From: Eledone cirrhosa | Lineage: Eukaryota | Direction of reading: 5' to 3' | DNA: 64,000 nt | NCBI GenBank assembly: GCA_964016885.1 | Contig: OZ024766.1 | Coordinates: 248,001-312,000, forward strand | Part shown: positions 57,630 through 64,000 of the stretch, piece after piece | Position numbering within the stretch: position 1 is the stretch's first letter | How the letters are laid out: each line of letters starts with the position of its first letter | Made by a program: the position numbers and the translations under genes | Notes under the pieces: model-generated | What the model saw: the letters and a program-made list of their open reading frames with translations, nothing else | Databases searched by the model: none | What the model was told of the DNA's origin: nothing

Positions 57630-58732
57630 ACATATATAAAATATATATATATTATTACCATAATACTCCAGATAAATATTAGCTGTTGAGTGCTTTGTAT
57701 CTGTTATGACCATAACTCAGTTGATTACATGTCAACTAAGTCTTTAACTCATTGTTTATAAATACAAATATATATATATAGATAGATATAGATACATATA
57801 TATATATATATCTATATATATATATATATCTATATATATATATATAGATACATATATATATATATATCTATATATATAGATAGATATAGATACATATATA
57901 TATATCTATATATATATATATATATAGATATAGATATAGATACATATATATATATCTATATATATATATATATAGATATAGATATAGATACATATATATA
58001 TACACACACATATATGTGTGTGTGCCTGTGTGTGTATATAAAGTTTGATAATTCCTCAACATTTACCCCTACGCAAACTATAACCCTGTGTCTCCCAAAT
58101 TACTGGTACCCTGCTCCTCCACACAACACATCCCCATATTTAGCACATCCCATTTCTGTAACCCACACCACACCACACACCACACCACACCACACCACAC
58201 CACACCACACCACACCACACCACACCACACCACACTACACACCACACTACACACCACACTACACACCACACCACACCACACTACACCATGCAGGAGAAGG
58301 AAAGCAGAGGGCGATGTGGGCGGTGTGTGTGTAGATTTCCCGATCTTTACCTCCCTGCCCCTAACCCAGTCTTAACCCTTGCCCACCACCACTACCACCA
58401 CTAAATTAAACACTGCTTTCTTTCTGTATAACGAGACTTTTTCTCCTTTCAAAGAACAAATTATTAACTCTACTCAAAAGACTAAAAAAAGAAAACTACT
58501 TCAAAACCCTTAAAAACAGTAAAAAAAGAAAAATAGTTTAAAAAAACAGCTTAAAAAACAGTTAAATGGACTAAAAAAACAGAAACTAACATTTTGCTGA
58601 TGATTTGGTGGGATGAAATATGAAGAAAAAAATGAAGACGAAAAAATATGAGATGAAAAATAATTTTGTTTTTATTGTTGTTGTTTTTTTATTGTTGATA
58701 TTGTTGTCGATGCTGTTCTGTGCATTGCCAGT

Positions 58733-58873
58733 AGTCGGTAGAGCGTTGGACAAAATGGTGTCGGGGAATAGAGTTACGGCCCTTTATGCTATAAGATCAA
58801 ATTCATCGCCGAGGTTAACTTTGCCTTTCATCCTTACTGGGTTGATAAAATAAAGTACCAGTAATACACTGGG
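58733..58873 (+). mobile_element. SINE family B, diverged
   Basis: Central domain matches other copies. Confidence 0.7.
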
Positions 58874-59179
58874 TTTTGATTGTGTGTGTTGGGTTTGTAA
58901 TAGATATATTTTGATGGTTGGTACCTGTCACATTTTAGAGTAGCAGTTGATGATGACTGTCCTTTGCTCTCCATGGGAAAATCTGTTTGCTGGTAATCTG
59001 CTTCTTATGGCCGAATCTGTGAAAGAGCTGGAGTAGACATTCTAACTTTAGAAACAGAACATAATAAAAAAAAAAATGCTTAGAATCAATGTGATAATGA
59101 CCAAAGTCTTCATAAAGAGGAAAAAAGACAAGACCTTGATCTCATCTGGGAAGTAGCCTTGTTTGATATGTAGAAAATG

Positions 59180-59513
59180 TCATCATCATCATTACGTCCC
59201 CTTTTCCCTGCTTGCAAGGGTGGGACGGGAACTGATTCTGGCTTGATTTCTACAGCTGGATGCCCTTCCTAACACCAACCTCATTTACAGTGAGTGCTGG
59301 GTGCTTTTTTTGCCGTGGCACCTCCACGACCACTTTGCAGTGGAATGATAGGGACCCCAGTCCCTATCATCTCATTTCTACAGCTGAGTAAACTGGAGCA
59401 GTGTGAAATAAAGTGTCTTGCTCAAGGTAACAACACATCACACGGTCTGAGAATTGAACTCACAACCTTTCGATTGCAAGGCCAATGCTCTAACCACTAA
59501 GCCATGTGCCTCC
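59180..59513 (-). mobile_element. SINE family A inserted into a decayed RTE LINE
   Basis: Full-length reverse-complement copy; flanks contain degraded RTE-like coding sequence. Confidence 0.88.
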
Positions 59514-60055
59514 AAAAGGTGTAGGTAGTAACTCTGTATGATGTACCCAATGTAAATATTGAGTATACAAGAAGTGTAGTGGGAGAGGAAGCAGATTCAT
59601 GGTAAAGATAGAGTTTGAGTATCGTAGATGTACAGGGATAGGTGGTAGTAAGGACAACAGTGAAATAAAGTTCTTTCAATCTCAGGAGGGGGCCTATAGA
59701 AATGGTTGATAGCTTCTACTACCTAGGTGACCCAATTAGCAGTGGACAAGGGTGCCTTGAAAGTATAGTAGCTAAAATAAGAACAAGATGAGAAATGTTT
59801 AAGGAAATACTACCCCTGCTGGAACATAGGTACCACAGAAGTGGTTGATAGCTTCTGTTATCTAGATGACCTAATTAGTAGTAGAAGTGGGTTCTCTGAG
59901 AGAATAGTAGCTACAATAAGGACAGGATGGAATAAGTTGAGGGAACTATCTCTCTCTCTCCCTCACACACACATCTGAGGGGCTGTAGCCCAAGGTATCA
60001 CACACCCACACACATCTGAGGGGCTGTAGTAGATACTTGCCCGAGGGATCACACA

Positions 60056-60535
60056 CACATGAAGCTGTAGAATATACTTACCCAAGGGTATTTCTCTCAC
60101 TCACACACACATGAAGCTGTAGAATATACTTACCCAAGGGTATTTCTCTCACTCACACACAAATGAAGCTGTAGAATATACTTACCCAAGGGTATTTCTC
60201 TCACTCACACACATATGAAGCTGTAGAATATACTTACCCAAGGGTATTTCTCTCACTCACACACACATGAAGCTGTAGAATATACTTACCCAAGGGTATT
60301 TCTCTCACTCACACACATATGAAGCTGTAGAATATACTTACCCAGGGGTATTTCTCTCACTCACACACATATGAAGCTGTAGAATATACTTACCCAAGGG
60401 TATTTCTCTCACTCACACACATATGAAGCTGTAGAATATACTTACCCAAGGGTATTTTTCTCACTCACACACATATGAAGCTGTAGAATATACTTACTCA
60501 AGGGTATTTTTCTCACTCACACACATATGAGGCTG
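60056..60535. repeat. 52-bp minisatellite, ~9 units
   Basis: Unit GAAGCTGTAGAATATACTTACCCAAGGGTATTTCTCTCACTCACACACA. Confidence 0.9.
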
Positions 60536-60875
60536 TAGGCAACTAATACCTGTATGATGCCAGTGTGCAATAGACAATGTTGTACAGTAGTTAGACATGG
60601 GGAGTAACTGCAGGGAATGTGAGCACGGTTGGATGGATGTGCGATGTTAAAAGTGTGTGAACAACAAAACATGGATGAATTGAGAGAAAAATTGGGTATA
60701 AAAGGAAACACATGTAGTGAGTAAGAAAGAAGACCGTGCTGGTATGTGTACGGATGATGAAGAAGTGCCAAGAAATCTCAGCACTGAGGAGGTCACACAA
60801 TGTGATGAAAGAGCTTTGACAATATATAAACGTTCCGGTTATCGAACCAACCAACCAACCGGAAATTTATAATAG

Positions 60876-60910
60876 ACTAGACCACCCGTGACCCAATGGG
60901 TCACATTCAA
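60876..60910 (-). mobile_element. Possible Helitron 3' terminus
   Basis: Minus strand GTGACCCATTGGGTCAC hairpin followed by GGGTGGTCTAG|T; 5' end not identified. Confidence 0.45.
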
Positions 60911-61869
60911 TTCAAATTCTTCTTTTTTTTTTTTTTTTTTCCAACTCTTAAACTTGCTTTTAATAGTCGCCTCCCTTTAGTATTTTTTTTTTTTTTGTTT
61001 TTTGTAGTTATTCAATTGCAAAATAAATAAATATTCTCTATGAAATCCATTTTTCTAAGAATCCAGCTCTAAACCTTGCTTTTAAGAGTCGCCTCCCTTT
61101 ACTTTTTCTTAAATTGTGCAATGTCTTCTAAAGTGATGAATGATGCCTGGAATATAAGAGAAACTATTCATTGCAATAAGAAAATAATATAAAGATAGAA
61201 AAATGGCTCAGAAAATAATATAATAGAAATACTCCAGGTTTCAAGGGAGACGACTCTGAAACTATCCCTAAAGAGTTACCTCCCTTATTTTAGCAAGATA
61301 GTTATAAACATAGCTGCAGAACTCTTTTCTCCAAAGGTATTCAAATGTTTAATCCTGTATTGAGATTTAAAGAGGTGGTTTTAATGCTTCAACAAAAAGC
61401 AACCAGTCCACACTGTAAATGTGGTTGGCATTAGGAAGGGCATCCAGCTGTAGAAACCAATCCAGAAACAGTTCTGTATGAGTAAAACATGGTCATCTGA
61501 TCTGATCTGACTTGTCTTACATCAAAGTAGAAGCAAACATGTACATTAAACAGAGGTGATGATGATGATGATAATGCCTTACTAAGGTCAAATCATCTGC
61601 TGTAATGATAATGATGACAAATGTTAAAAATAAAACAAAATGTTTTACATTTACTTTATATATTTTAATTAAAAATAAATGTCTTCTTCCATACATGTCT
61701 TGCTGTACCAGTTTCTTTCTTGTAGTTTGAGACAAAGTTGCTGTTGTGGATGTCACTAAATGCAGTCAACATTTTACAGCAGATGATTTGATCTTAGTTC
61801 GGCATTTAATGTTGATGTTGATGTTTTTAAAACATTGTGATAACATTGGTCAGGTCTAAAGCTACAGAA

Positions 61870-62248
61870 CAAGTTACTTCTTGGTAGAAATATTCATTGT
61901 TTCATCTAGAATAAGAGAGAACTTTCTTGAATCTAGCTTAGACAATAAATCATTGGAAGCCTGGGGGCTGATCACATCTGAAAAAATGGAAGTTCCTTTA
62001 GTTCTTGCACACTTGATGACTTTGTTGACGTTTGAATGAGAGCATATGTTGGCAATAAAGTCAAGCCAACAATACAAAATAGCAATGGGTAGGTTGTATT
62101 CAGCAATAAATCTGCTCAGTTTCAGCTCAGCTGATGCTATTTTCGTTAAGTGAACATATCATTATGAAATCTGTCACTTTCATTGTTTGTTTCACTACTT
62201 TCACATTCTTTTGGTGTTTTTCAGTCCCTTTATGCCTTACTATTTCAC
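61870..62248 (-). mobile_element. hAT-type transposase relic
   Basis: Reads CARTKGTSIFSDVISP..LLSKLDSRKFSLILDETMNISTKK, matching the FSLxxDEST catalytic-Asp region. Confidence 0.65.
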
Positions 62249-62729
62249 TTAACCCTTTAGCATTCACATTACTCTATATATACTATTATATTTTCATGGT
62301 AAAGGCTTTACCTCACATAATATCTCACATAACATTTACATTACTCTATATATACTATTGTATTTTCACAGTAAAGGCTTTATCTCACATAACATTTACA
62401 TTACTCTATATATACTATTGTATTTTCACAGTCAAGGCTTTATCTCGCATATCTCTCATAACATTTACATTACTCTATATATACTATTGTATTGTCACAG
62501 TAAAGGCTTTACCTCACATAATACCTCACATAACATTTACATTACTCTATATATACTATTATATGTTCATGGTAAAGGCTTTACCGCACATAATTATCTC
62601 ACATAACATTGAATCTATGAGATTTTGAAAGTATTTATTTTGAGAACAATACCTTAACATCAGTTTGAGCGACCGGTTACAGCCAGTTTCAACAGAAAGA
62701 GGTGGCCGGTTTGAACACTAAAGGGTTAA
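62249..62729 (+). mobile_element. Same MITE family, ~5 units, inserted in a hAT relic
   Basis: Perfect termini TTAA|CCCTTTAG ... CTAAAGGG|TTAA. Confidence 0.85.
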
Positions 62730-63385
62730 GCTACCAGCTATATCAGAATTACACAATTTACTGGTCCTCTTGCCAGTTGGTTTTGCCCATAAAATCTATT
62801 CAGTAATTATTTCCTGAGACATTCTGGCCACAAGTCCATAGTATTTGAACCATGATATCTTAATTTCGTGAACTAGTGGCTCTACATGGAACAACTCTCT
62901 GATCTCTGACGTTATGCATTCTATCAAGTTATGTTACCCCAAGGCACTCTAAATCTGAGTGGAGTTCCACTGAAGCAGGTGAAGAAGTTCAAGTATGTTA
63001 GAACTGTGTTCACAAGTGATGGAAGACAGGAGGCTGAGTGAAATGTAAGAATTGCAGGAGCTGGTGCAGTAATGTGCTAGGTGAGGTAGGTGTAAAGGGC
63101 AAACTCTCTATCTTCAGTTCGATATTCATGCCAACACTAACATTGGGTAATGACTGAAAGAATATGATCCCAAGTACAAGCATCTGATGTGGAGTTCCCC
63201 TGAAGGGACTTTGCAGTGAAATTACAGATATAAATACAATTTATATAATGTATAATGAAAAACTAATAAATTATTTACTAAAGAAACAAATCAATAAAAA
63301 AAAAGGCAGTTTCCCAGTGAGTTTCTGAGAGAAGAGAAGACATGGCATTGCCTCAGGTGATAGAGGGTCACAGAGTTATACACTT

Positions 63386-63700
63386 CAACAGGGAATGTTG
63401 ATGTACCCTATACATTTCTGAGATAAGACAGCATTATCTCAGGGGAAAGAGGGTCCCTCATTTACACACTACAACAGGGAATGTTGATGTTGCCCTATAA
63501 ATTTATGAGATAAGACAGCATTATCTCAGGGGAAAGAGGGTCCCTCATTTACACACTACAACAGGGAATGTTGATGTTGCCCTATAAATTTCTGAGATAA
63601 GACAGCATTATCTCAGGGGAAAGAGGGTCCCTCATTTACACACTACAACAGGGAATGTTGATGTTGCCCTATAAATTTCTGAGATAAGACAGCATTATCT
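63386..63700. repeat. 87-bp tandem repeat, ~3.6 units
   Basis: Each unit carries the hairpin CTGAGATAA-gacagca-TTATCTCAG. Confidence 0.85.
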
Positions 63701-64000
63701 CACTGTAAAGTGGTTGTGGAGGTGCCACGGTTAAAAAAGCACCCAGCCCACACTGTAAAGTGGTTGTGGAGGTGCCACGGTTAAAAAAGCACCCAGCCCA
63801 CACTGTAAAGTGGTTGTGGAGGTGCCACGGTTAAAAAAGCACCCAGCCCACACTGTAAAGTGGTTGTGGAGGTGCCACGGTTAAAAAAGCACCCAGCACC
63901 CACTGTAAATGAGGTTGGTGTTAGGAAGGGCATCCAGCTGTAGAAATCAAGCCAGAATCAGTTCTCGTCCCACCCTTGCAAGCAGGGAAAAGTGGACGTA
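63701..64000 (+). mobile_element. SINE family A 3' part with four tandem 50-bp internal units
   Basis: CACTGTAAAGTGGTTGTGGAGGTGCCACGGTTAAAAAAGCACCCAGCCCA x4, then the normal tail. Confidence 0.85.

Larger units (their letters stand above)
58960..60780 (+). mobile_element. Highly decayed RTE LINE, fragmented by later insertions
   Basis: Remnants PWENLFAGNL, VDSFYYLGDPIS, ELREKLGI, colinear with the 3400-4510 element. Confidence 0.6.

Overview
This is a eukaryotic, very microsatellite-rich window. The SINE types, the repeat landscape and the gene suggest a coleoid cephalopod such as Octopus (inference). One protein-coding gene is reconstructable: a + strand FREM1 (QBRICK)-like extracellular matrix gene with nine phase-consistent GT-AG exons from 22902 to 48279 (6276 nt, 2091 aa plus stop). 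It encodes CSPG repeats, a Calx-beta domain, a low-complexity linker and a C-type lectin domain; the signal-peptide exon was not found in the window. The rest is simple repeats, two tRNA-derived SINE families, RTE/R4-like/CR1-like LINE relics, mariner, hAT and Helitron remnants, and a piggyBac-like MITE family carrying a 72-bp satellite. The most notable hidden signal is about 10 intact or near-intact minimal type-I hammerhead ribozyme motifs, plus about 10 decayed ones. They come from several unrelated short element families, often have palindromic stem III, sit mostly beside (TA)n tracts and are often arranged as fold-back inverted repeats, resembling Penelope-like or retrozyme elements. Almost all other long ORFs in the track are microsatellite artefacts.
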